This document shows positions 36,607-44,600 of a DNA stretch of 64,000 bases, piece after piece (the first letter of the stretch is position 1; each line of letters starts with the position of its first letter). The stretch is from an uncultured Candidatus Saccharibacteria bacterium (GTDB taxonomy: Bacteria; Patescibacteriota; Minisyncoccia; Phycocordibacterales; Phycocordibacteraceae). Where the stretch lies: positions 198,978 to 262,977 of the forward strand of contig CAYMNZ010000001.1 in NCBI GenBank assembly GCA_964391975.1, given 5' to 3'. A program made the translations under genes and the position numbers. The notes beneath the pieces are model-generated. The model was not told the origin of the DNA. It searched no databases and worked only from the letters and a program-made list of their open reading frames with translations.

Positions 36607-37496
36607 TGCTGACGAAAGTTACCGGACCACTCATTCTTATTGCAGCGGTAGTAGCCGTCGGGTACTCGGTATCTGAGCTCGAGCTCTTTGCTGAACCGTG
36701 TGCGGAGCCGGTGGAATACCACGTGGGCACCATAGACCCGCGCTATGGGATATCGAATGCTGAGCTTGCTGCTGATTTGGCGCAGGTAGCAGCACTGTGG
36801 AATACGGCTGCGGGGAAAACGGTGGTGACTTTCGCTGCTGATGGAGAGGTTGCAGTGAATCTTGAATACACTGAAGAGCAGGCAACGTCTGAGCTTGGAG
36901 TGGTAATCGACCAGCAGCAAGCAGATTACGATAAGGCGCAGGCGCAGTTTGAAATACTGGCAGACCAACTGGATTCTGCAAAGAATACGTATGAGCGGCT
37001 CGAAGCCTCCTTCAATGTGAAGGCGGATATGTACGAGAACGATGTTGCGTATTGGAACGCACGCGGAGGTGCGCCTCCTGCAGAGTACGAAAAGCTTCAA
37101 GCAATGCAGCGGCAGCTTGATCGGGAACAAGCTGCGCTCAACGCTCAGGCAGCAAAGGTGAACGCTGTGGTTGATGAGATGAACAACAAGGTGGATGCCT
37201 TAAACAGGATGGCGGACGCCATTAATTCTCGGGTGGATGTGTATAACGCCAACTCACACACTGAGTTCGACCAGGGCCGCTATATAGAAGATGAGAAAGG
37301 GAAGCGCATTACGATTCGGGAGTTCACCGAAGAGATTGAGCTCAAGCGTGTGCTGACGCATGAATTAGGGCATGCCATTGGTCTTAACCACGTAGAGGAC
37401 CCTGATTCCATCATGTATTCCTTTAACGCAGGGGATGAGCTGGTCCTCACCGAGGAGGATATAGCTGAGCTAAAGAACGTCTGCGAGCTTGATTAG
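36606..37496 (+). CDS. membrane-anchored matrixin-like zinc metalloprotease with coiled-coil insertion
   Basis: N-terminal TM. C-terminal HELGHAIGLNHVEDPDSIMY (HExxHxxGxxH + Met-turn). A ~150-aa Ala/Gln-rich coiled-coil segment separates the N-terminal part from the zinc motif. Confidence 0.65.
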   Translation: MLTKVTGPLILIAAVVAVGYSVSELELFAEPCAEPVEYHVGTIDPRYGISNAELAADLAQVAALWNTAAGKTVVTFAADGEVAVNLEYTEEQATSELGVVIDQQQADYDKAQAQFEILADQLDSAKNTYERLEASFNVKADMYENDVAYWNARGGAPPAEYEKLQAMQRQLDREQAALNAQAAKVNAVVDEMNNKVDALNRMADAINSRVDVYNANSHTEFDQGRYIEDEKGKRITIREFTEEIELKRVLTHELGHAIGLNHVEDPDSIMYSFNAGDELVLTEEDIAELKNVCELD

Positions 37497-37525
37497 GGGC
37501 CGTAGAGGAGGCAGGATAGCAGTAT

Positions 37526-37596
37526 TGGGGGGTCGTCTAATGGTAGGACAGCGGCCTTTGAAGCCGTGAATCTAGGTTCGATCCCTAGCCCCCCAG
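37526..37596 (+). tRNA. tRNA-Gln (anticodon TTG)
   Basis: tggggggtcgtctaatggtaggacagcggcctttgaagccgtgaatctaggttcgatccctagccccccag. U1-A72, anticodon loop CTTTGAA, G discriminator. Confidence 0.8.
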
Positions 37597-37616
37597 CAAC
37601 AGGTATACTTCTCTCA

Positions 37617-38294
37617 ATGAACCGTAAGGAGCACAACATTCCTGCGTTTGTAAAACCTCTCCAAGGTCATAATGAGCACGATCCAGAGCGTTACAGCAAA
37701 CTACTTCAAGTTGGAGACCGTGCAGACCTTGTTATAAGAGAATTGGAGTTTGAGAGAGAGTTTCCGCTTGAAAACGTATCGCTTCACGAGAAAGCAGTCC
37801 TTCTAAAGAATACCCTTGAAGAATTAGAACAAAAATACGCAATTCGCATTGCCCCAACTCGCTTTATCGTTGCAGAAAATGAAACAGGTAGGGAATCTGT
37901 ATTTGCCCTCGTAGACAATGTCACTGATTCTGAACATGTATCAACGGAGGAACAAGATGCTCTCCTGCACTCTCTTTGGAAAAATTTAATTGCGTATGTA
38001 GACGATAAGCTTTCTACAGGCGGTTATTTCTTGACTGATATTCACAGGCTCGACCAATATGAATATGGACGCACAGGAAGTGACACAGAAAATCATCTCT
38101 ACCTTGTAGACGTTGATCCCTACCTCTCAGAAGCAACACCGGAGCACCTCTACAATTTTTCAACTATGTTCTTGGAAAATATGCACATAGAACTAGACAA
38201 TGCTCCACTTACCGGCCACCCAGACCTTACAGGGGAGTTAGCAGCTCTCATAGATAAGTGCAGAGACGAAATCGTTAGGAGGCGGACGGCATAA
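37617..38294 (+). CDS. hypothetical protein (first gene of low-G+C island)
   Basis: Start trimmed to MNRKEH to clear the tRNA. AT-rich codon usage. Contains TDIHRLDQYEYG ... HLYLVDVDPY, loosely reminiscent of kinase-like catalytic/Mg loops. Unassigned. Confidence 0.5.
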   Translation: MNRKEHNIPAFVKPLQGHNEHDPERYSKLLQVGDRADLVIRELEFEREFPLENVSLHEKAVLLKNTLEELEQKYAIRIAPTRFIVAENETGRESVFALVDNVTDSEHVSTEEQDALLHSLWKNLIAYVDDKLSTGGYFLTDIHRLDQYEYGRTGSDTENHLYLVDVDPYLSEATPEHLYNFSTMFLENMHIELDNAPLTGHPDLTGELAALIDKCRDEIVRRRTA

Positions 38295-38343
38295 GGTTCC
38301 AACATCGTCCCAGACAGCCAGCCTAATTTGATATAAAAGGTAG

Positions 38344-38961
38344 ATGAACCCCATTCGCCACATCTGGTTCGACTTCAGCGACACCATCGTTGCCTTCGAC
38401 GAAGGACTCCATGACGAGCTGGTCTATGAATCCTACTCGGAGATCACTGGTAACCCCATAACCCCAGAGCTCAAGGAAGAGTTCGCGAACCTCTTTAAGG
38501 AACACGGTAGTTACACCAAAAGCTTCATTGCGCTCGGAAAGGCTCATGATTTCTGGTCCGACCGTATCAGTTCAGTTGACCCCAAAGTTTTCCTGCGCCT
38601 TACGGACCCAGAAGCTCCTCAGATCTTCCAGGAACTCAGGAAGCTAGTTCCAATATCATTGTGGTCAAACATTCACGCGAAAAAGATGTTGCCTGCACTG
38701 GGCATAGACCCCACATGGTTCACGCACATACTCGGGCCCGACGAAGTAAAGAAGCCCAAGCCAGCTCTTGATGGCTTCAACCTATTGATTGAACGATCTG
38801 GCATTCCTGCGGAAGAAATACTCTTCGTTGGAGACAGTTTGGTAAAAGAAGTACGTCCTGCGAAATCTCTTGGCATACAGGCCGGGCTCATATGGAGCGA
38901 ATCACCGGAAGCTGACTATTCCTTCAAGAACTTTATGGATATTCTTACGATACTTCAATGA
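38344..38961 (+). CDS. HAD-superfamily hydrolase-like protein
   Basis: N-terminal IWFDFSDTIV (motif I-like) and C-terminal ILFVGDSLVKEVRPAKSLG (motif IV-like). Confidence 0.55.
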   Translation: MNPIRHIWFDFSDTIVAFDEGLHDELVYESYSEITGNPITPELKEEFANLFKEHGSYTKSFIALGKAHDFWSDRISSVDPKVFLRLTDPEAPQIFQELRKLVPISLWSNIHAKKMLPALGIDPTWFTHILGPDEVKKPKPALDGFNLLIERSGIPAEEILFVGDSLVKEVRPAKSLGIQAGLIWSESPEADYSFKNFMDILTILQ

Positions 38962-39527
38962 AAGCAATCATTATCCCAGGAAACGGTGGAGGATGCCCGG
39001 AAGACAACTGGTCTCCGTATCTTGAGCGTGAGCTTCCAAAGCTCGGTATCGAAGTCATCAACCGCCAGTTTCCTGACGCCGTGATGGCACGCAAGGAATT
39101 CTGGCTTCCATTCATTACTGAACTTGGTGCGGATGAGAACACCTTACTCATAGGCCACTCCTCAGGAGCAGTAGCTGCGATGCGCTATGCAGAAGCTAAC
39201 CGCATCTTGGGTTCAGTATTGGTAGGCGTCTGCCACACCGACCTCGGATACGCTGAAGAGAAAGTGAGTGGTTACTACGATGCCCCTTGGGACTGGGAAG
39301 CTATCAGGGATAATCAGAAATGGATTATACAGTTCGCCTCTGCTGACGATCCTTTTATTCCAATAACAGAGCCCCGCTTCATACGAGATCAGCTCAAGAC
39401 TGACTATCACGAGTACGAGGACCGAGGACACTTCGGTCATGGGGCAAACCCGCAAACAGAATTCCCGGAACTCATTGAAGCCCTAAGAGAGAAGCTTGCA
39501 ACCTCCTTTCCGGAGAATAGGTTATAA
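38958..39527 (+). CDS. alpha/beta-fold serine hydrolase (YdeN/RBBP9-like)
   Basis: 189 aa. MKAIIIPGNGGG... nucleophile elbow GHSSGA. C-terminal ...HFGHG. Confidence 0.65.
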   Translation: MKAIIIPGNGGGCPEDNWSPYLERELPKLGIEVINRQFPDAVMARKEFWLPFITELGADENTLLIGHSSGAVAAMRYAEANRILGSVLVGVCHTDLGYAEEKVSGYYDAPWDWEAIRDNQKWIIQFASADDPFIPITEPRFIRDQLKTDYHEYEDRGHFGHGANPQTEFPELIEALREKLATSFPENRL

Positions 39528-39532
39528 GAGGC

Positions 39533-39847
39533 ATGTCACAAAACCCATTCCTAAACGCACTAGCCGCCCTAGGGTACATCTTGGGTGTCGCCTCCGTTAT
39601 CTACCTGGTATCCCTGTATCTTCCGAATGATAACGATGGATTCCCGGTGTTTAACTTCACCCTCTTTATCTCGCTCTTCGTCTTTTCTGCGGCGGTCATG
39701 GGCTACATCATCCTCTCCAAGCCCATAACCCTCTACCTCGACGGGCAGAAAAAGGAAGGCATCAACCTCTTCCTCGGGACTCTGGGAGCCTTCGCACTCC
39801 TTACATTCATTTTCGGGTTCCTCACCACCCTCATCCCTTTACCGTAG
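39533..39847 (+). CDS. small membrane protein (3 predicted TM)
   Basis: 104-aa hydrophobic ORF. No family recognised. Confidence 0.45.
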   Translation: MSQNPFLNALAALGYILGVASVIYLVSLYLPNDNDGFPVFNFTLFISLFVFSAAVMGYIILSKPITLYLDGQKKEGINLFLGTLGAFALLTFIFGFLTTLIPLP

Positions 39848-39863
39848 TGCTAGACTGGAGGTA

Positions 39864-40142
39864 ATGGAAGAGCGCCTCACGAAGCTTGAAGAGGACGTGC
39901 GCATCATTAAGGAGCGCAACCTCCGGGTGGAAGGCAGCAAGGCCTGGGAAACCAGCGCTACGCGCGTGCTCTCGCTTGTCATCATCACGTACGTCATCGC
40001 GACCATCGCGCTCTATGCGATAGGAAACGACAACCCACTGCGCAACGCGCTTATCCCGGCAGTTGGATTCTTCCTCTCGACCCAATCACTTCCGTTCCTT
40101 CGCCGTGCGTGGATAAAAGGGTACGAAAAGAAGCATGGCTAA
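39864..40142 (+). CDS. small membrane protein
   Basis: 92-aa ORF. N-terminal amphipathic/coiled region then two TM segments. Confidence 0.45.
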   Translation: MEERLTKLEEDVRIIKERNLRVEGSKAWETSATRVLSLVIITYVIATIALYAIGNDNPLRNALIPAVGFFLSTQSLPFLRRAWIKGYEKKHG

Positions 40143-40755
40143 GGGCATCGCGCTCGACATAGACAACGTTCTTTCCGCCACCAACCTCCACTGGGCGCGC
40201 GTACTGGCGGAGAAGTTTGGAACACCTGATGGTCTTACTCCTGAAGAGACCGTCGCCCCCTACATCCTTGCGCACCACGTACCGTACTGGCAGATTCCAG
40301 AAGCCAAGGAATGGATGGAATCAGCGCGAAAAGGCGGGGAAGTGCAGTACGATCTTCCGCTCATAGAGAACGCCAATCACATCGTAAACAAGGTACATAC
40401 AATCATTCCTATCAAGGCGTATGTAACCGCTCGTTCGGAAGTGGTACGTGAAAGGACTGAAGCGTGGTTGTGGAAACATGACTTTCCGCAAGCTCCGGTA
40501 TATCTTCGTCCACCAGGAAAAGAAAACGACCAGCCAAACATATGGAAGGCTGCTTTCCTTCCTACGCTCTGGCCGGAAGTGATAGGCATCGTCGACGACG
40601 ATCCACGCCTTATCGAATACCTCCCAGACAACTACCAAGGCACCATCTTTCTGTACAAGAATACGGAACACAAAGAAGTCACCTTCCCAGTGATACAGTG
40701 CAAGGGATGGACCGAAGTACTCGAAGAGGTCAGCAAGCGCTTCGGGACGCCATAG
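40135..40755 (+). CDS. HAD-like phosphatase / 5'-nucleotidase-like protein
   Basis: IALDIDNVL (DxDxV motif I), ...YVTARSE (motif II), ...GIVDDDPRL (motif IV). Confidence 0.55.
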   Translation: MAKGIALDIDNVLSATNLHWARVLAEKFGTPDGLTPEETVAPYILAHHVPYWQIPEAKEWMESARKGGEVQYDLPLIENANHIVNKVHTIIPIKAYVTARSEVVRERTEAWLWKHDFPQAPVYLRPPGKENDQPNIWKAAFLPTLWPEVIGIVDDDPRLIEYLPDNYQGTIFLYKNTEHKEVTFPVIQCKGWTEVLEEVSKRFGTP

Positions 40756-40762
40756 CCTCTCT

Positions 40763-41182
40763 ATGAGCGAAGATAAGCCACCGCAAGGAAAGGGGGAACT
40801 CGTGGACGTCGGAAGCGAAGTGCTTATGAACTTGCGCAACGAGGTGATGACGTTGCGTGGAAGTGCCAAGATACTCACGTCGAAGCTTGAAGAATGGAAG
40901 AAAGACGTAATACTTGGGGAGCAAGATATAGCCCACAAAGAGAGGGAACTCGAAGAAATTGAACAGAAGACAGAAGTGCCGGACATACGCACCGCGCGAG
41001 GGCAACAGAATAAGCGCAAGGCGCTCATTAAGAACCTGAGTGCAGTACGAATGCGCAGGGAACACTTACTGGGTCTTATTGAAAAGCAGCCAGCCCTTAT
41101 CGCCTCACTGCACGACCGCATAACGGAGACACAGGAGCGCCTCAACCGTCTTCAGGCAGGAAAGAATACGCAGAGTTCGTAA
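40763..41182 (+). CDS. hypothetical coiled-coil protein
   Basis: 139-aa ORF, charged/heptad-like (ERELEEIEQKTE...). Confidence 0.45.
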   Translation: MSEDKPPQGKGELVDVGSEVLMNLRNEVMTLRGSAKILTSKLEEWKKDVILGEQDIAHKERELEEIEQKTEVPDIRTARGQQNKRKALIKNLSAVRMRREHLLGLIEKQPALIASLHDRITETQERLNRLQAGKNTQSS

Positions 41183-41222
41183 TACACACATCCTTCATGC
41201 GTCTTCTGCCTATATACACACC

Positions 41223-41957
41223 ATGACTACCACCCCTTTCATGAAGGCGGGGACAGCTCTCGGGCTCTCCCTCGCTCTTCTCGTAGGTTTTGTGCCAGTG
41301 CTTCCCGCTGCGGCAGCCTATGAGGAACCTCCCATAGGATATTTTTCCTCGCATGACGACGATGAAGATGAAGACGAGGATAATGACCGGTACAGCCGTT
41401 ACTCCTCTCGCCGCACAAGCTATTCGAGCTCCATTCAGAGGAAGGTAAACAACCTTGATGACGACGAAGTGGAGAACCTCCCAATTCCTATCCTTATCGG
41501 TGTGGGGCTCAATAATATTTGGCCAAACTTCGGAGATCCTCGCGATGGAGGTGCCCGCACGCACGAAGGAGAGGACATCATGGCTCCACGTGGCGCGATT
41601 GTTTCCTCACCAACTGAGGCAGTGGTCGTGCGCACTGGCGAAGGCTCAAGTTCCGGCATCTATGTCACCACCGCTAACCCGGGAGGCGAGTCCATGAACT
41701 TCTACCACCTCGACAGCATTGCTGAAGGTATTAAGGCTGGAACGGAAGTTAAAGCAGGAGACATTCTGGGGTACGTAGGAAATACGGGGAACGCTTCAGG
41801 CGGAGCGCCGCATCTCCATTTCGAGATTCGCAAGAACCGAAGGGCACTCGACCCGTTCCCACGTCTCACCAAAGAATTCTCAAATGAAGTGCGCGTACGT
41901 GTTCTCACTGATCTTTTGAAGGAACTACAGGCTGAACTAGCGAAAAAGTTGCGCTAG
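41223..41957 (+). CDS. secreted M23-family (LytM/lysostaphin-like) metallopeptidase
   Basis: Signal peptide. Acidic repeat (DDDEDEDEDND). Catalytic HEGEDI (HxxxD) and HLHFE (HxH) motifs. Confidence 0.8.
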   Translation: MTTTPFMKAGTALGLSLALLVGFVPVLPAAAAYEEPPIGYFSSHDDDEDEDEDNDRYSRYSSRRTSYSSSIQRKVNNLDDDEVENLPIPILIGVGLNNIWPNFGDPRDGGARTHEGEDIMAPRGAIVSSPTEAVVVRTGEGSSSGIYVTTANPGGESMNFYHLDSIAEGIKAGTEVKAGDILGYVGNTGNASGGAPHLHFEIRKNRRALDPFPRLTKEFSNEVRVRVLTDLLKELQAELAKKLR

Positions 41958-42018
41958 TCTCACCAGACCTTCATGAACAATAGGGCACAGTTCATTAGTC
42001 CTCTCGAGGACGCTTCCT

Positions 42019-42288
42019 ATGGATGACTTTCTCAAAATGGATGTATTCTTCGCAATCACGACTGTGGCAGTACTTGTGCTCTCTGTATTGGTAGGCTACG
42101 TGCTCGTGCGAGTGCTCAGGATTCTCAAATCTCTCGAGCGCATTGTGCTACTCGCGGAGAAAGAAACGGAGCTCGTACGTGAAGATCTCGTTCATTTGCG
42201 GGAGAAAGTATCGAAGGAGGGGCTGAAGCTCAGGCACATTGTTGGGTTTCTGGGAGGCCTCGGGAAAAAGAGAAAATCCAATTCTTAA
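42019..42288 (+). CDS. DUF948-like small membrane/coiled-coil protein
   Basis: N-terminal TM (FFAITTVAVLVLSVLVGYVLV) followed by a short coiled coil. Layout typical of the DUF948 family that pairs with YtxH-like proteins. Confidence 0.4.
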   Translation: MDDFLKMDVFFAITTVAVLVLSVLVGYVLVRVLRILKSLERIVLLAEKETELVREDLVHLREKVSKEGLKLRHIVGFLGGLGKKRKSNS

Positions 42289-42306
42289 CTAGCTAACTAC
42301 ACACGC

Positions 42307-42723
42307 ATGGCGACACGAAAGAAAAACACTGGAGGGAAGGTGGCGGCAGGTATCGGCGCAGCAGCGCTCGCAGCTGCAGCGGCAGGAGCTGGCTATTATT
42401 TTTATGCTAGCAAGGATGCCAAGAAGCACCGCCAGGCTGCAAGCACCTGGGCCAAGGGCCTCAAGCGCGAAGCAGTGAAGCGCGCAAAAAGCCTTAAGAA
42501 GATAGACGCAAAGGCTATTGCTCGTGCGGTAGACGAAGCGGCTGAAATCTACGACGGTGTACGCGGCGTATCTGCGGCAGATCTCCGGGCTGCCACAAAG
42601 GAACTCAAGGCCAACTGGAAGAAGATGCAGGGCGAGCTCACGCCTAAGAAGCCAGCCGCTACAAAGCGCGCTACCGCAACCAAGAAGAAATCCACTGTGG
42701 CCAGTAGGAAGCGTCGTGCATAA
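42307..42723 (+). CDS. YtxH-like Lys-rich protein
   Basis: GGKVAAGIGAAALAAAAAGAGYYFYASKDAKK... glycine-zipper helix then a Lys/Ala-rich region. Confidence 0.4.
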   Translation: MATRKKNTGGKVAAGIGAAALAAAAAGAGYYFYASKDAKKHRQAASTWAKGLKREAVKRAKSLKKIDAKAIARAVDEAAEIYDGVRGVSAADLRAATKELKANWKKMQGELTPKKPAATKRATATKKKSTVASRKRRA

Positions 42724-42739
42724 GGCGCATACTCCTAGT

Positions 42740-42910
42740 ATGAACACCACAAACACGATACTGATTATTATCCTTGTGCTCTTGGTTGGCTTTGGTGTCT
42801 GGTACTTCACCAGCAACCAAACCGCCCCAGCACCGACCGAAGACAACAATGCTATTGAAGTGAACCTTGGTGGCAACGATACTCCGGAAGGAGAGCCGGC
42901 AGCTAACTAA
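42740..42910 (+). CDS. small membrane protein
   Basis: 56 aa from ATG 42740 (MNTTNTILIIILVLLVGFGVWYF...). The longer track ORF 42557.. overlaps the upstream gene. Confidence 0.3.
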   Translation: MNTTNTILIIILVLLVGFGVWYFTSNQTAPAPTEDNNAIEVNLGGNDTPEGEPAAN

Positions 42911-42923
42911 GTCAAAACGAAAA

Positions 42924-42950
42924 GCCGCTGGGAAATCCCGGCGGCTTTTT
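42924..42950 (+). terminator. Rho-independent terminator
   Basis: gccgctggg-aaat-cccggcggc 9-bp stem then TTTTT. Confidence 0.6.
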
Positions 42951-42968
42951 GCGTGGTAGCATCTCACC

Positions 42969-43433
42969 ATGCCTAAGGAAGGAACCAAAGCTCCTAGTTT
43001 CTCTCTGCCAGACCAAGACGGGGTTACGCGTTCGTTGTCTGACTACAAAGGGAAGCGCCTGGTGCTCTATTTCTATCCCAAGGACGACACACCTGGGTGC
43101 ACCATTGAGGCACAGGTGCTCGGGGATTCCATTAAGAAGTTCAAGAAACTCGGTGCTGAGGTTATTGGAGTATCAGCAGACAGCGTGAAGAGTCATAAGA
43201 AGTTCTGCGACAAGTTCTCCATCCCGTTTCCTCTGCTTTCAGACGAAGAGAAGAAGATGGTGAACGCCTATGGGGTCTGGGGCGAGAAGCAGATGATGGG
43301 GAGGAAGTATATGGGTATTAAGCGCACCACCTTTGTAATTGATTCTAACGGGAAGATTCAGAAGGTCTTTGAGAACGTAAAGCCACCTAAACACGCAGAG
43401 GAATTGCTTGAATACTTGTCCACAGACTTTTGA
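42969..43433 (+). CDS. bcp: thiol peroxidase Bcp (peroxiredoxin Q type)
   Basis: ...RLVLYFYPKDDTPGCTIEA... 154 aa. Confidence 0.85.
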   Translation: MPKEGTKAPSFSLPDQDGVTRSLSDYKGKRLVLYFYPKDDTPGCTIEAQVLGDSIKKFKKLGAEVIGVSADSVKSHKKFCDKFSIPFPLLSDEEKKMVNAYGVWGEKQMMGRKYMGIKRTTFVIDSNGKIQKVFENVKPPKHAEELLEYLSTDF

Positions 43434-43461
43434 CAATTTAATGGGTGTGCTATAGTGGCTC

Positions 43462-44508
43462 ATGGAACGGGTCTTGTATACCTTCGACGACGTGCTCATC
43501 GCTCCGGCGAGAAGCGCTATTGAGCCTTCCGCGGCCGTCGTCGGCTCTGCCGCTTGCCGCGGCCTTTTTCTTAGAGTGCCTGTGCTCTCTGCTGCTATGG
43601 ACCGCGTCACTGACGCGAGAATGGCCATTGCGGTTGCCAAGGCTGGTGCGCTCGGTGTACTCCATCGCAACTGCACCAAGGAGGAACAGGCGAAGATGGT
43701 GGCCCAGGTTAAGAAGGCAGGTGTGCTGGTTGCTGCTGCTTGCGGGCCATTTGATATGGAGCGAGCGATGCTGCTCGCTAAGAACGGAGCTGATGTCATC
43801 ATCATTGACTGCGCCCACGGCCACAACATGAAGGTGCTTAAAAGCGCTAAGGCCATCAAAGCAAAGCTTCCAAAGAAGGTGAAGATGATTGTGGGCAACA
43901 TCGCTACCGCAGAGGCAGCCGCAGATATCATCAAGATGAACTTTGCTGATGGGCTTAAGGTTGGCGTTGGTCCGGGCTCCATCTGCACCACGCGCCTTGT
44001 TTCTGGAGTTGGTATGCCACAGCTCACTGCGGTCATGGATGTCGTGAAGGTTGCAAAGAAAGCAGGCATCCATGTCATTGCCGACGGAGGCATGAGGACC
44101 ACCGGAGATATCGCTAAGGCACTTGCTGCAGGCGCTTCAGCTGTAATGAGCGGCAACATGTTCGCAGGCACCATTGAAACTCCAGGACGCATCGTCACGA
44201 AGAACGGAAAGAAGTTTAAGGAATACCGCGGTATGGGTTCTAAGCCAGTTATCGGAGGTGACTCAGGTTCACAGCGTTATCTCACCAAGGGACGCAAAGC
44301 AGTACCAGAAGGTGTTGTCGGTCTCGTACCACTTAAGGGAACGGCAGAAGATGTCGTTGCTGAGATTTCTTCAGGTGTACAGGTTGCTATGGGCTACGTT
44401 GGTGCCAAGGACATCCCTGAGTTCCAGAAGAAGGCGAAGTTCATCCGCGTGACGCTCGCCTCAACGGTTGAGGGCAGGCCGCACTCGCTTTCGGAAGTTA
44501 TAGATTGA
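43462..44508 (+). CDS. IMP dehydrogenase/GMP reductase family protein lacking CBS subdomain
   Basis: TIM-barrel with catalytic loop GVGPGSICTTR. 348 aa with no CBS pair, the size typical of GuaC or CBS-less GuaB. Confidence 0.8.
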   Translation: MERVLYTFDDVLIAPARSAIEPSAAVVGSAACRGLFLRVPVLSAAMDRVTDARMAIAVAKAGALGVLHRNCTKEEQAKMVAQVKKAGVLVAAACGPFDMERAMLLAKNGADVIIIDCAHGHNMKVLKSAKAIKAKLPKKVKMIVGNIATAEAAADIIKMNFADGLKVGVGPGSICTTRLVSGVGMPQLTAVMDVVKVAKKAGIHVIADGGMRTTGDIAKALAAGASAVMSGNMFAGTIETPGRIVTKNGKKFKEYRGMGSKPVIGGDSGSQRYLTKGRKAVPEGVVGLVPLKGTAEDVVAEISSGVQVAMGYVGAKDIPEFQKKAKFIRVTLASTVEGRPHSLSEVID

Positions 44509-44565
44509 CACCTCTCGTAAGTCCTCTATACTAGGGCTTTAATGACCTCCACGGCATTAAATCGA

Positions 44566-44592
44566 AACACCTCACAGGAGGTGTATTTTTTT
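44566..44592 (+). terminator. terminator/possible attenuator hairpin directly upstream of carA
   Basis: acacctc-acag-gaggtgt stem followed by ATTTTTTTA. The U-tract ends about 9 nt before the carA ATG. Confidence 0.5.
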
Positions 44593-44600
44593 ATCCTGCC

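Noticed and set aside
37566-37616. Upstream extension of the first island ORF
   Set aside because: Overlaps the 3' half of tRNA-Gln. Trimmed to ATG 37617.
42289-42876. 195-aa Cys-rich minus-strand ORF
   Set aside because: Antisense to the YtxH-like gene and the small membrane gene. Implausible composition (CRCSCERCCADTC...). No signal or TM logic.
43239-44198. 319-aa minus-strand ORF overlapping the IMPDH-family gene
   Set aside because: Antisense to a gene with an intact catalytic loop. Ala/Ser/Thr-rich artefact.
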